DNA from: Lytechinus pictus
Taxonomy: Eukaryota
DNA length: 64,000 bases
NCBI RefSeq assembly: GCF_037042905.1
Contig: NC_087245.1
Location: 3,040,001 to 3,104,000 of the forward strand
Direction of reading: 5' to 3'
Below the pieces are notes generated by a model. It ran no database searches. It was not told where the DNA came from and worked only from the letters and a program-made list of their open reading frames with translations. The translations under genes were made by a program, and so were the position numbers. Positions 50,155-63,900 of this stretch are shown piece by piece. The first letter of the stretch is position 1. Each line of letters begins with the position of its first letter.

Positions 50155-51836
50155 CTTGTAACGTCAGAATTATAAAGAAATTCATTTTAGATCCTCGGTA
50201 GATTCTATGGGGCTATTGCCCAACCCAGTAACCCACAGTCTCCTGGCTCCTTCCCTTTATGTTTGTGCATATTTACGTTACTACCATTTTTTAAGACGTA
50301 AATAATGTGAGCAATGCAATATGCAACGCAAGTTAAACATCTTTGCTCTGCCAACAAAATAGAGAGAGAAAGAGAGCTACATGTAGTACTGCAGCACTGC
50401 TCGATAATGTCTGTTTTTCATATAGCATAGACTTTGCTCTGCCGAATCGTTGCGTTGGGAAGAATAGCCGAGTGAGTGAAAGAAATCATTGACGTAGTTT
50501 TTTTTTTTTTTAGGATCTGAAAAGCGAACTTTTTTATATTATTCAGTTTTTGGTGTTGGCCTGTTTTACTGTTGTCGGCCACGGTTGTCTGCTTTGCCGA
50601 TTACATTTTTCAGGGTAGTCGGCTCCCGCCCACTGTGACACGTGGTAGCGAGAACGTTGCACACAATTGTGATAAAGTAGGATCAACATCCAATACTTAA
50701 GTCTTAACCATGTAGGCTATGACTGAATTTTTAAGAAAGTTTTAAAATTGTTTATTCTAACTTAGAATTGAAATTGTTAATTCTGACTTGAATTGAAATT
50801 GTTATTTTGTTTATCATTTCATACCAAGTCAAGGTCAAAGGCCATTTACAGTCAATAAGCTTCACATCATAATGATACCAAATTTTATGCCCTCAATTTT
50901 AATATTAATAGGGCAGGGCCACTTTGTTGTTAGGCACATTTATTACTGCACTAATGGGCAAAACTAAAAGTGCCACCCAAACTTCCCAAGTTCTACATGT
51001 AGAAAGGTGCATTGAGACCAGTCAACAGAGCATGAGCAGTCTTGGCCCATGATGACCTTGGATTTCAAACTATAAAAGGGTATTTTAAAGTTTGCAAAGT
51101 CAACACTTGCTATGTCATGCCAGAAGTACCGGTATTCCTCCAGAAGAGCTACATGCACTGCATATTTGCTTTTCAGTTGATTGTATACTTGCATTTAGAG
51201 AAACATGTTTGATTATTACTTTTTTTTCTCTCTCTTTACAGTATACTGTGTGTGAATAACAGGAGCTGGTTTCTACATGGTAGACTCATCCATCACTAAC
51301 CATTCAGTCTTCATCCAACAATATGCAAATTTTGGTCAAGAAATTGTGGATAAATCAATGGAATGAGAGAGTCTTCTACATGTAATCAGAGCTATAATGT
51401 ACATGTATAACATAGGAATGAACATCAATGTATAAAACTTAAAATCAAACATACGTACAGACTGTATGGTGAGAATTTCAATTTCAATAAAATGTACTGG
51501 TACAAATACTCCATAGTGCATTTTAAACTGGCTGGATTTGCAATTGCTGTATGAATTTGGAGTTTAACTTGAGAACTAGCAGTTGAGCGTGTGATGAAAG
51601 TTTATCATTCTGTTCTGAAGAAAGGTCTTAAAAATTTGTGGTGGAGTCCAGGAAGTGTTGGGATTGTTCAACCTGCTGGCCAAAATTTCATTGCTGCAGC
51701 TTCAAGTCAATTGGGATTCTGCAGAAATAATATTGGAGTTGGACCAGACCTTCACACCATGAGAAATACGTATTGAGCCGCAGAAAATTGAATTCAATTC
51801 ATATTATAGTATCTTTATGAAATATTAATCGCAAAA

Positions 51837-52098
51837 ATGGGAAACCAAGGAAGAACTCGTAGGTCATGGTACAAGGTACCTCCAATCTTGTCAAAACGGT
51901 TTGGAATCATTGCATTCCTTACCATGATACTCTGGACATATACCCTATTTACATTTGCTCTGTATCGGACAGAGCCTAATGTTCCAGAGAGTGTAAAACT
52001 CAAACAGCAAATACTAGAATTGAGCAAAGAATATGTTAAAGCCTTGGCTGATGAACAACAGGAAGGGAAAAATTTGCCCGAAGCTTATTCAAGTTATG
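51837..52098 (+). CDS. MGAT5: Alpha-1,6-mannosylglycoprotein 6-beta-N-acetylglucosaminyltransferase (GnT-V), first coding exon
   Basis: Type II membrane N-terminus: basic tail, hydrophobic TM, then PESVKLKQQILELSKEYVKALADE, similar to vertebrate MGAT5 PESSSMLREQILDLSKRYIKALAEE as recalled; phase-1 GTAAGT donor. Confidence 0.92.
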
Positions 52099-55022
52099 GT
52101 AAGTTCCTTTTGATTTCAACTAGATGTAGATATTTTGCATTTGATTTTACATTTACATTGTTTTATATTTATTTTGGTAATTGCTAGAATTTAAAATATG
52201 ACAGCAGAGAGAGATGTAAAGCTGAATGAAGGAAATGTTTACAATTTTAGCTGAGCACTACATGTAAGATGGAAAAAAAAACCTGCCAAAAAACAAGGCA
52301 AGCACTTTAATAATTTCCATGGTAACAAAAGATTTAGATAGTATGAAAGAATTAAAATATTACTGTTAATTTGTAAAGAAGATTAAAAAGGGAATTCTCT
52401 CAATTCTAAAAAAAAAAGGTTCGTTACATCATGTACATGTATACTGACCAATTTGAATTAAGGACGTTATGTTTGTTACCACTACAAACACAGTTTTTTA
52501 CTTACCATATGAATTTTTGGTAGGACATGTGATTTCCAGCTTATCATGTGACAGGATGGAACACTACGTGAATAACATAACATACAGAATGAATGGGAAA
52601 TTTGAGTGACCTTAAAAAATTTGCACTTTTTAAAATATTTACATGTACATGTATACTGTACATGTACCAATGCCAAATGAAGTTTGAAGGGGGTTAATAT
52701 AGGAATCAGTCCACTGATGTGTTGGAAATTGTGTTGCCATGGTAACAACATATACAGTATGTAAAAAAATAAGGCCAAAATCTTGCGATTTAAACTACTT
52801 TATACATGTATGTTTTTACCAATTCTCATGATATTTACATTGTAGCTCACGGATTGGTCTTTCGGAAAATGCTAGGCAAGACATGTTTTTATCCAGGTGT
52901 TGGAAACTGTTTCCATGATAATGGCAATAATCACCTTCAGAAATAGTTTTACATGTACATACATGTATGTAGTAGGCTACATGTATATTTCTGTGTATTC
53001 TAGGCTATTTTTTTAGTTACAGTGAATACATGTGTATGTTGATAATTATCTTCATCCTTTTGAGTTTACATGTAATTTGTATTCTTCACCTTTGCAGACC
53101 ATGTATACTGTACGTAGTTTACAGCAAAGTATGTACCACCTGAAACTATCAACTGTTTCCCCACATCTCTACCCGATCCCTCCCTCTCCCTATCTCCCCT
53201 CTCCCCTCTCCTTGCTCTGTAATTTACCCTTTCTTTTGTTCCCTAATCCCTATTTGCTCCTTAACAAATTTCCAAAATACACTTGTTGCCTATCATACCA
53301 TGCCTTTATATTGTGAAATTACTTTGAGGTTAAGGCAGATCATGTATCTTATTTTGACCTCTCCCTTTTTTTTGGTGCATTTTATATTTTACATATATCC
53401 TGGATTCGCGGGCAGCATACTGTACACATGTAGGCAATGTAGGGTGGTAGTGTAGGAAATAAGTTTTTTCCAGGGGCATCATGGAGTGTTTGTTTGTCAC
53501 ATTGGGGCAATTGCTGAATTTCTAGGCTTTAAAAAAATGTACAAAGTGCTACTTTTTTTGTGCAGCAAGCAGTTTGCAGTTAAAATGCAAATATTGATGT
53601 TCTTCTTGATATTGTTTGTTCCACCAAAGCATTCCATTTTGGTGAAAATAGGGGTGATAGGATTCGTTCCTGTTGCCCATATGTATCTCTTACATGTATG
53701 CTGGTATTACGTCTACATGACAACGTAGTACTTAGAGAGAAGTTTGTGCAGTGACATGAAGCTGAACTTGGAAGGTCAGCAGTCAAGGTCAGCTGTCAGC
53801 AGTCAGACTGAGGAAGCTATTGATTACCTCCCATACATGTAGCTGGCTTGCAAACCATCAAAACTGGGGAAATCAATATCTAAACACCAGACACCTGTAT
53901 GTACTTTTAAGAAAAAGTATATCAGTTCTCACTTGCAATGAACCATGAAAAAACTCTCCAAAAAGTCAGTTGTTACACATTTTGGTATATTTGGCGATTA
54001 AATAGTTATAGTTAAAAAATTATTCGATATTGAAAAGATATTGAATATTCAATAATGGTTATATGATTATATTGATATATCCTGGTAACATGATATCATA
54101 CTCTGACCAAATTATTTGTGATTATGACAAGTTAATCACTATTCACTGAGCAAATATGCTGCTTGGTATGGCTAACAACTCAGCCAAATACCCGCTTTTC
54201 ATGGACAAGCATCAATGAAAGCCTACTTTCATGTCCCCTTCCCTGCTCTTACAGAATTTCAGCTCATAATGAATGCTATAAATAATTAATTTCTAGACTC
54301 AGTGATGTATCATATATATCAGCAATACTAACATTTAAATCAAGTATACATGTAGATCAGCACTAATTTATGCGGGGGAATTCAATGTGGGTAAATGGTA
54401 ACTAACTGCGAATTAGTACCGGGTATTCTGGCTTCATCAGATTATAATCCAAGAAAATATTAAAGTTTAGTGGCAGACTGGCAGTCAATATTCTTCAGCC
54501 ATTTATTTTTATGAAAGTTAGAAATTATTATCTCTAATGTTATTTTAATCTTTCTTTAAAAAATAAAAGGGGCCTTTTGATTGGATATCAGAAAGATATA
54601 TCCTGAAATTTTCAGCCCATTCCATGATGTGGGGTGTTTAAAATAATACAAACAAAGAAAGAAAAAAAATATACAGACATTATATTTATTAGGCACCTGA
54701 TGAATTTTCATGCATAGCGTACATACTTTTTTACAAAATATTGAAAATGTCCAGTATTATGTAATTGTAATCGTTTTTAGGGTATATAATGTACACATTT
54801 CCGAATATCTAGAAATGATTATGAATGGTGATTTTCGCTTTTGGGGAATTTACCAAACTTGATAACCGGTTGGCATTAAAAGTTGTTCCATTTTTTTTAT
54901 GTACAAGTAAAAAATGTTTACTTTCATGTGTACATATATAGGCCTAACGTATGAAGAAAACTCATTACTCCTGTATATGTACATTTACCAAGCTATTTCA
55001 TTATTAATAACTCGCCTTGCAG

Positions 55023-55211
55023 ACCTTAAAAAAACTATGGCAGTGCTGCTGGACAGCATATTAGAGAGACTAGGAAAGTTAGAGAAACGAGTGGACAGTG
55101 CAATCAGCAATGGAACACAGAGTCTCCTAAGGAATTCTTCAGGTGTTCATCAGGATGTAGATAAGGATAGAAATGGTGTAGAGTCAAAGGAAGCAGTAAT
55201 CAAGGCAAAAG
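55023..55211 (+). CDS. MGAT5: MGAT5 second coding exon; no further exon found in the window
   Basis: TTGCAG acceptor; (D)LKKTMAVLLDSILERLGKLEKRVD, similar to MGAT5 DLKKTLAVLLDNILQRIGKLESKVD as recalled; GTGAGT donor. Confidence 0.93.
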
Positions 55212-57246
55212 GTGAGTGGCTCTTTGCTACCAATGTGTAATTCTTGAATGTACCTGGAAGCATAGTGAGCTCTTCCTCGTTGATATGCAGGGCAAGTTGC
55301 CAAGAAGATGCGGTATAACAGGTACAGGTGAAAACTTCCCTATTGAACTTTAGCGGATAACTTCAACTCATGAGATTGGGAAGAGGTGGTAATGTTTAAC
55401 AGGGAAGCGATTTACCTGCTAAAACCTGGCTGCATGAAAGGGATGTTACAAGTTTCACCGGTTAATGACATTAGAGGTCAAATCAACCCAATGCCTCCCT
55501 GGAAGAGTTCACTATGAAAGGGGTAATTAAACGTGGAAGAGTTCACTATGAAAGGTGTATTAATATTCAGAGGGAATTGGCTTCGACATCCAGGTTCGCG
55601 CTGTAGGAATGATTTGATTACTCCTGGAAGTACAGGTTGTATATATTAAAAGATAAACATTGTAATACTGTAATTAAAGTAGATTAAGATTAATTGGATT
55701 GATTATCGATGTATAGAGGGCGCTTTCTACAGTGAAAGATTCAGGGGCATCAATTAAACAGAGGGCAAGCAAGCCTTCTACAATAAAGCTTCAGTATTCA
55801 GATTGCTTTAGGAATCTATATATGAAGATAGCAGGGACAAATGAGAGGAACAATTAAAAAAAAAAATTCATCAAAATCGGTTATGAAATAAGCAAGTTAT
55901 GGATATTTAAAAAGTCTTGTTGTACTTTCTATGGGGATCCTCAAATTGCCAAATGTGCTTCAAAATGGCTGATTTTGTGGACAAGTCTCCATTTGTTTTG
56001 TACACAAATTTTCAGATTTTCCTCATCTTTCAAATTGCATCTTGCCTCCTCCTGAGCACAACATACATGTATGTCACGGGAAAATATAATTCACACCACA
56101 TATGTCAAGATCAGGAGGAGATAATGTGAAATATGTAAAATAAAGGGGAAAATCTGAAAATTTGTGTATAAAAATGCTTGGTTTAATAAAATTCTTGTAT
56201 TCCGCTTGATTTTATTTCTATCAATCGATTGCATACAAAGCTTCTAGAAATAGTATGCTGAGTATGCTCTATGGTGGGACTACTCTGGGGACTTGATTCA
56301 GGCCTATTAAAAAAAGGAATCAAAATTTTCCAGGCAATGAGGCCACTACCATTCACTTCTCCTAATGACATTACAAGTATAATTCCATAGTTTAAATAGA
56401 TGCTTATCACAGTGAGTGGGTTCCTCTCTGAAGGATCAAATGATATCACTTTTAAAGACAAAATACACCCTAAAAAATGGATTTTAAAATCCAATCAAAG
56501 GAAGGTAGAAATGGAAAATGCTGTAAAGTTTACACTTCTGACTGTATACATGCTCATGAAAATTGTCTTGGATTATCTCACTCCCTTCCCATCCTGACAC
56601 CTGGGATTATTGCTCTGATAATTTATTGAATATGATTATGAACATGACCCTTGTTTCAATGAAATGCAGGGGAGCTTGAAGCAGATCAGAATTCCACCAT
56701 GTCAAGGATGATACATAAGTTTGTTGGTGGTGTATTGTTTGGTGAGGAATTTTAGAATTTGCACTTGCTACCTGTTTTATTGTAATGAATTATTCATTTG
56801 CAGCTTTATAGAAAGATATCCCTTTCATCCATCTACCCATGAACATAATGCTTTCATACATGTACATGTTCATACATGTATTACTCTCTCATGTCTGTTC
56901 CATTCATTATACATGTAACATCAAGAACAATTTTAACTCATTTTTCTTCACGTTTAAAAATACCCAAAATTACACAGGGGAAATACACTAAATTTTCATT
57001 TAAAAAATTTCAGTATTAGAAAAAATTATGCATTATTTTGTCTTGACATGAATATTATGATGATTACCGGTAACATGAAAAAGCCACTCTGGTCTAATAA
57101 TATGCAATTACATTTGAGCTGTTTTTGCACCATTGACAACCTGTGTGCACATCCAGGTTTCTGATTGTTGTGCAGTTTTTTACAGCAAAAGTGTGGCAAA
57201 TGCTCTTGTATCATTTCATGATTTTGTTTAAATGTGGGAAATCACA

Positions 57247-58411
57247 TTTTTGTCTCACCTGCATAGCAGAGTGAGACTATAGGTGCTGCTTTTCCGACGG
57301 CGGCGGTGGCGGCGGCGTCAACACCAAATCTTAACCGAAGGTTAAGTTTTTGAAATGACAGCATAGCTTAGAAAGTATATGAACCTAGTTCATGAAACTT
57401 TGCCATAAGGTTAATCAAGTATTACTGAACATCCTGCCTGAGTTTCAGGTCACATGACCAAGGTCAAAGGTAATTTAGGGGCAATGAACTAATAGACCAT
57501 GTTGGGGGAATCAGCATCAAAATCTTAAACCTAAGGTTAAGTTTTTGAAATGTCATCATAACTTAGAAAGTGTATGGACCTAGTTCATGAAACTTGGACA
57601 TAAGGTTGATCAAGTATTACTGAACATCCTGCCTGAGTCACGTCACATGACCAAGGTCAAAGGTCATTTAGGGTCAATGAACTTTGGCCAAATTGGTGGT
57701 ATTTGTTGAATTACCATCATAACTTTGAAAGTTTATGGATCTGATTCATGAAACTTGGAAATAAGAGTAATCAAGTATCACTGAACATCCTGTGTGAGTT
57801 TCAGGTCACATGATCAAGGTCAAAGGTCATGTAAGGTCAATGAACTTCGGCCAAGTTGGGGTATTTGTTGGATTACCATCATAACCTTGAAAGTTTATTG
57901 GTCTAGTTCATAAAACTTGGACATAAGAGTAATCAAGTATCACTGAACATCCTTTGCGAATTTCAGGTCACATGACCAACGTCAAAGGTCAATGAACTTT
58001 GGCAATATGGGGGGTATCTGTTGAATTACCATCATAACTTTGAAAGTTTATGGATCTGATTCATGAAACTTTGACATAAGAGTAATCAATGAAGATCCCG
58101 TCAAGGTTTCAGGTCACATGACCAATGTCAAAGGTCATTTAAGTTCATTGAACTTTGGCCATTTTAGAGGTAATCATTAGATTGCTGTCATAACTTTCAA
58201 AGTTTATAGATATAGTGTATATATAGGGGTAATCAAGTATCAGTGACAAGTTTTAGGTCACATGATCAAGGTCAAATGTCAATGAACGTACATGTAGTAT
58301 TGTATCATTATATAAATGGTGTTTTTTGTTAATAATTATTTTATAGTAGTTTTCAAGATCAGCACTGCTACTATAGTGAATCACGTGATGCAGGTGAGAC
58401 CGCCACTTGTT
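57247..58411 (+). mobile_element. Helentron-type non-autonomous element (HINE-like) with an internal tandem array
   Basis: T-run start, hairpin GTCTCAC..GTGAGAC, (GGC)n tract, about six ~160-195-bp units containing GGTCACATGACCAAGGTCAAAGGTCA, sub-terminal inverted repeat GTCTCACCTGCAT / ATGCAGGTGAGAC, ends CTTGTTT. Confidence 0.8.
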
Positions 58412-58531
58412 TACACAAACTGCCACTTTGTAGGTATGCATCACAAGGAAAGTTGCCATAAATTGACACCTGCTTCAATGAAGCTTGCTGTGTTGATATT
58501 TTGACTTGATCTGAGAATGTTTCTACGCCTG

Positions 58532-58696
58532 GGGACTGTTTCATGAAAGTTGTCAGCACGAACAAGTTGTCTTTATCACAGTTACCATAGTAACAGTCAG
58601 AGGCCAGTGCTTCTCTGCCAATCAAACCAGGGATTTCACTAAAATAGCCAGTACTGACAATTTAGTCAGCACTGACAACTTTCATGAAACACCCAC
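58532..58696. mobile_element. Short Harbinger/Nuwa-like MITE related to 32419-32575
   Basis: TGTTTCATGAAAGTTGTCAG ... CTGACAACTTTCATGAAACA inverted; CTG/CAG flanks. Confidence 0.7.
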
Positions 58697-59160
58697 CAGA
58701 GTGTAGAGTAGACACCGGTACATGACTTGTTCCTTTTACATGTAGGCCCTATGCTCAAATCTTGCAAATTGTCTGTAATTGATGAAAATGTGTCTATAAA
58801 AAGATAATAAACAGGGTTTGCTTGAAAAAGGATTACATGCACCTGCGTTTGCACAGAGTAGCTACTAATTGATCAAAAATCATATCAATCAAATATGAGC
58901 TTTGAAGTTCATAGTCATTTTGGAAAAATATTTTAAAAAAGATCCTGCACTGACAAAGATTGCTACTGAGATACTTTAGTCAAACTTCACTTACATGTAT
59001 GTCCTATGACCCGAAACCGCTGAAATGTCATGGTCAAACTCAACTCATTAGTTTGAATGGATGCAGTTAATGTGACTACATGTATCTCTGCAGTAATAAT
59101 GAATAATGTCAATATACTTGTGTTTTTACTAGTGATGATCTAATCTTACAAATGTTCTTA

Positions 59161-59208
59161 CCGTAAGTAACGGACTATAAACCGCACCCGTGGATTAACC
59201 GCACCCCA

Positions 59209-59240
<32 letters not shown>

Positions 59241-60232
59241 AAATCCTCACATTATATTTGAGGTACGAAGAAACAAAAACTAAGTTAAAGATTTCAAAGT
59301 ATCCAAAGAGATTACCGGTATGCGGAAATCTGCTGTTCTTGATCAATTCATCTACAAATGTTTACAAGAAAGAAAGGTCCCGACAATATTGGCCACTTAC
59401 ACACTCACCTCACAGTCACAGTGTACACACACACAGCACTGCCGTTCTTGTACATTGCAAACTACGATACGGTACCAGTACATCTTATCAAATAATGATC
59501 TGTGTCTTTCCCGCCGTAGGAGGAAGAAACATTCAAATTTCTTGCATCACAAACTCACAATCACTTTCAGAATTTGTCTAGCATTCGATGTCTTAGCATG
59601 AATTTTGGATACAGGATTACGGGAAGGTTAAAAAAACAAAGAAATTGGCATTTTTTACAGTTGTTTTGGCGGCTTCGTGCCGTCTCTCTTGTTGCGTGGT
59701 GTACATGGTATCTTATGAAAAGCAAACGGGAAAGAAAAAATAAGCTGGCGCGAAACGGGACTTTGGAGGGGATCGAGGGTTAAAATGAATAGCGCCAGCT
59801 TAAGTCGCACTATAACCACAATACAACGCAAGCTAGCTCAGCTAACTCAACTCTCTCGCTCGCTCAGCTGTGACAAAATATTACCGAGTATGCTTGGCTT
59901 CTCTTTGAACTTAGCCAGGGAACTTCGCTGCTTTGAACCGAGAATAAAAGTCGAAATTAGTGTCATGAAGGTGGGTGCGTTTGTTATGGACAATATTTGA
60001 TAAAATCATAATAATCGCTTCTCATTACCCGCGGCTCATACCCCTCTAAATGACATTGCCCTGGGCGGCTACGCCCGACCACTCGATGTGTTGTGAACTG
60101 GCAGACGTCTTACATGTTCGGGAAGGGTTACGACGGGCTGGCTCAGACCCGTCACCGTGGATAAACCGCACCCCCGACTTTTGCTTCTATCCCGCCGAGA
60201 AAAAGGTGCGGTTAATAGACCGTTACTTACGG
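59161..60232. mobile_element. pogo/Tigger-type non-autonomous element
   Basis: TA|CCGTAAGTAACGGACTATAAACCGCACC ... GGTGCGGTTAATAGACCGTTACTTACGG|TA; subterminal AACCGCACCC repeats. Confidence 0.9.
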
Positions 60233-61509
60233 TATTCATCATAATCATTGCCGTATGCAGCAATTTTGAAAAGTTCACCGAAATGCAAAAGCCCCCCAAA
60301 GACAAGCTTGGTTGCTTTGCTCGCTTTATAGTTCATGCGTCCTCCCCCCCCCCCCCAGCAAAAAATGTCTGCATACAGCCATGATTAATCAACATCCAAT
60401 CATTTGAAGTCAGTTTCTTCCATATTGTGGTCTCTTGATCAGATCTGAAAATTATTTGTTAAGCTTTACTCATAAAAAATGACTCAATATTATTATTATT
60501 ATTATTACTTATTATTTGTACTGCGCTTTTCCCTTTAGGCCCAAAGCGCTTACAATGAATTAATGAAATGTAATATTTTAAAAACTACAATATGCATGCA
60601 TCATGAAACTTGAACATCTACATGTATTCTTGAAACAGATGTGGGGCCTCATGAGATTTACAGGGACCATGCCTAGTATGAAAATGGTAGATAAAGGGGA
60701 CCATTTTTAGAAATTGATGTTCATAAATTAATGTTTTGTAATTTACATTTACACTACATACATGTAGTCTACATTCCATGTGAAATTCAATTAATTGCTG
60801 ACATGCTGCAGTAAGTGGAGTGGGAGGTGGTGGGGGGGGGGGGGGGGGGGGTCAACAGCCACTGTCTTTAGATCTGACTATGATATTTGCTATTAAAAGC
60901 AGCTTTAAGGTGTTTAGGCACCATAAGGACTCTGCTGCATCTTTTAGCAGGGAATTTTACTAGATCCTATGGCTGCCTCTTTCTCAGTGACTTTCCTGAT
61001 TCACTTTTGTTTGGTCTAGATGGTGATTACGATGTTTAGCATAGATGCTTGCAGGATTCCTGCATGAAAGCTGTAGTTCTGACTTTTGGTATTAAGTGCC
61101 TATTAACTCTCCAACCTCTTATCTGCAGCTCTGCACCGAGTCTGCACCACAGTAATATTTGATTTCAAATTGACACTGACAGCAGATCCTGCATCTTTTG
61201 TGAGGTCCCTATGATTCAAAAGGGAGCCAACAGTTGTGGTAACTACATACACTTTCATTTGGAGGCTGCTGACAGAAAGAATGGGTGAAGCTCCAAGTGC
61301 GTGCTGCACTCAACACATGGCCTGTGCTAGTGCACAGAATTTTGGCCAATATTCAGCATTGCTCTCTTTCACTTTCAGGAATTCTCTGGTCAGCACCTGC
61401 TCCAAATCTGGCCTATACCTGTCACATGGTGCTTCTATACACATCACTACATGTAATGTAGCTATACACAACTATTTTGGCCCAAATCTTTGAGTTATTG
61501 AAACTTTGA

Positions 61510-62090
61510 AGGGGAATGAAACCTTTGGAACAAATAGGCTTGTGTTGAAACAGAAAAATCAAAGAATAAGAACAAAGGAAGTTTGAGAAAAATCGGACAA
61601 ATAATGAGAAAGTTATGAGCATTTGAATATTGCAATCACTAATGCTATGGAGATCCTCCAATTGGCAATGTGACAAGGATGTGTGATGTCACATGTGAAC
61701 AACTTTCCCTTTGATGGACTATAAAATACCCCCAAAATGTCTCTTTTTGCTTTATCTTTAGTGTTCCAAACTCTTTATCTATGATGCATTCTTTGAAAAT
61801 CTGTATTACATGACCTCATATAGAAATAACACATGATCTACTGACAGATGTGATAAAAGAGGCAATTTAAGTGAAATATATACTAAAGTAATGTGGAAAG
61901 TTGTTCACAAGTGACATCACACATCTTTTTTGCATTGCCAATATGAGGATCTCCATAGCATTAGTGATCGCAACATTCAAATGCTCATAACTTTCTTATT
62001 ATTTATTCAATTTTTCTCAAACTTTTGTTGATCTGTTTCTTTGATTTATCTGTTTTCACACAAGCTATCTTGTTCTAAAGTTTCATTCAT
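61510..62090. mobile_element. Kolobok-like MITE related to 5702-6285
   Basis: AGGGGAATGAAAC ... GTTTCATTC; shares AAAGTTATGAGCATTTGAATATTG arms. Confidence 0.8.
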
Positions 62091-62556
62091 TTAACAGTGA
62101 TCTACTGAAATGAAACAATGAGAGCCTCAAAGTACTAGTAAGGCCTTACATGTAAAGGCCTACATGTACATGTATATTTGTGACAGTGACATGAATAATT
62201 TCACATTAAATTTGAAAACCTCTTCATATTAATTTAACCTCCTTGAAAGGCTTATGATTTTTCTGGTGCTCTCCAAGATAATATGGATGTTAATTGTGTG
62301 GGCTTTGGATAGTCAAAAGATCTTTATGTACATGTATGCAACTAGTACTAAACATCATTTTCTCCCTATGTCAGCCAGATTCCGAGCAGGTGCTGACCAG
62401 AGAATAAGACACAGTTCTCTACTCATTTCTCAACGGGGGTGGGGAATTCACTTGAACATTTCTCAAAACTTTGTACAAACATTATTTTGTGGTCCATTTA
62501 TATCGTACATGAACATCACATGTTGAAACATATAATTGAATACACTAAGAAATATA

Positions 62557-63632
62557 CAGTGCGTTTCAGAAAAAAGGTAATCCAAATCTAGAGGGCCGGT
62601 ATTCGGATCGTTTTTAATTTTGTGAAATTATTCTGCATTGGTATGAAAGAAAAACTCATCAGCTTTCAATTGATACCATATTTGTACCATCTGTGCCACG
62701 CATGACCGAAATAATTGATGTTGAAGACAACAGGTGCAGGTACCACTTTTTCCAAGTTTTGGTATAGTGGGTAAAATGTGCGCTTCATAGAATAAAATGT
62801 AAAAAGTAATGTTTGGAATGAAGAGTCAAGGCATTCCTCTGAAATGCTGATTGAAAGGTTAATGTCTTATTCATCATCATCACCTTCAACATTTCCTCTT
62901 CTCCTTTGCTCACAAAACTGGTAGCATTGAGGGATTAAGGATATCTTGGACAGCTCGTTTTAGCATTGCTGGATCATTGCACAAAAAGCATCCAACTCAT
63001 GTCGAATTCGGCGTTGCAAATCATCAAGATCTTGAGAAGGAATTACAAATACATTGTTGTTAAGTGTCCCCAAAGGAAATAATTACATGGCGCTGAGGTC
63101 AGGGGATCTTGGTGGCCATTCTACTTCATGGTTGAGGGCAACAACTTGATGTCCGAAGAGTTCTTTTAGTCTTTCTCGAATGATGTTGGAACGAAGGACA
63201 GGAGTGCTTGTCCCGAATCCACCAAAGATGCAGGTACACTCCTTGAACCTGCCTCTCAAAATGTTGGTCCAAAGCCTGAGGTATGATCTGCTTGTTAATA
63301 ATTTGCAAGTACATTCACCCACTTACACTCCTTTTGGAATAAAAAGGTTCAATCATGATTTTTGCCAGCTCAGGCATCGATGTAAGTATTTATGTCAGCA
63401 TCTGCCCTTTCATCAAGCTCTCAAAAACTTTGAAAAAGTGGTATCTGCACCTGTTGTCTTCAACATCACTTTAAATAATTTGGTCATGCATAGCACAAAT
63501 GGTACAAATAGGGTATCAATGGAAAGCTAATGAGTGTTTCTTTCACATCCATGCAGAATAATTTCCCAAAATTGAATGTAATTCGAATACCAGCCATCTA
63601 GTTTTGGATTACCTTTTTTCTGAAACGCACTG
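62557..63632 (-). mobile_element. Tc1/mariner deletion derivative with a transposase C-terminal remnant (probably DD41D/rosa-like)
   Basis: TA|CAGTGCGTTTCAGAAAAAAGGTAATCCAAA TIRs at both ends. Minus strand reads RERLKELFGHQVVALNHEVEWPPRSPDLS then frameshifted YFLWGHL. The spacing of about 41 residues is inferred across frameshifts. Confidence 0.88.
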
Positions 63633-63713
63633 TATAGTTGAAGTCAATTCACAGTGTAAGAATAATTGTAGATGCATTCCATTTCATTGTAGGAGTTAGG
63701 TTGATCAACCTTG

Positions 63714-63900
63714 TTGGTTTGCTCAGTTGGTAGAGCGTTAGCGTCACAACCTGGAGGTCGGGAGTTTAAGCCCGGTTGCATCAGACTAAATTTTCTGCTG
63801 CTACCCTGTTTGGCATTCAATGATTTGATAGAACAATGTCAATCTGGTACTGCTCAGTAGCTGCCTGGCCTTCTGATCAAATGGGAAAAATAAATTTTAA
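63714..63900 (+). mobile_element. Decayed tRNA-derived SINE
   Basis: GCTCAGTTGGTAGAGC D-arm/A box, degenerate B box GAGTTTAAGCC, followed by a non-tRNA body. Confidence 0.6.

Noticed and set aside
55500..55565. 34-bp-period direct duplication (TGGAAGAGTTCACTATGAAAGG x2)
   Set aside because: Simple local duplication in an intron with no further structure.
61379..61460. Candidate third MGAT5 exon after a pyrimidine-rich AG
   Set aside because: In-phase translation (GILWSAPAPNL...) shows no similarity to the expected Cys-containing MGAT5 stem region and has no good donor.
2748..63530. Most 60-110 aa ORFs in the supplied track
   Set aside because: They lie in introns, MITEs or antisense to real exons and lack recognisable motifs; expected by chance.
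63714..63790. tRNA gene
   Set aside because: D-arm is good but the T-loop is degenerate and the acceptor stem does not pair; treated as a SINE head.
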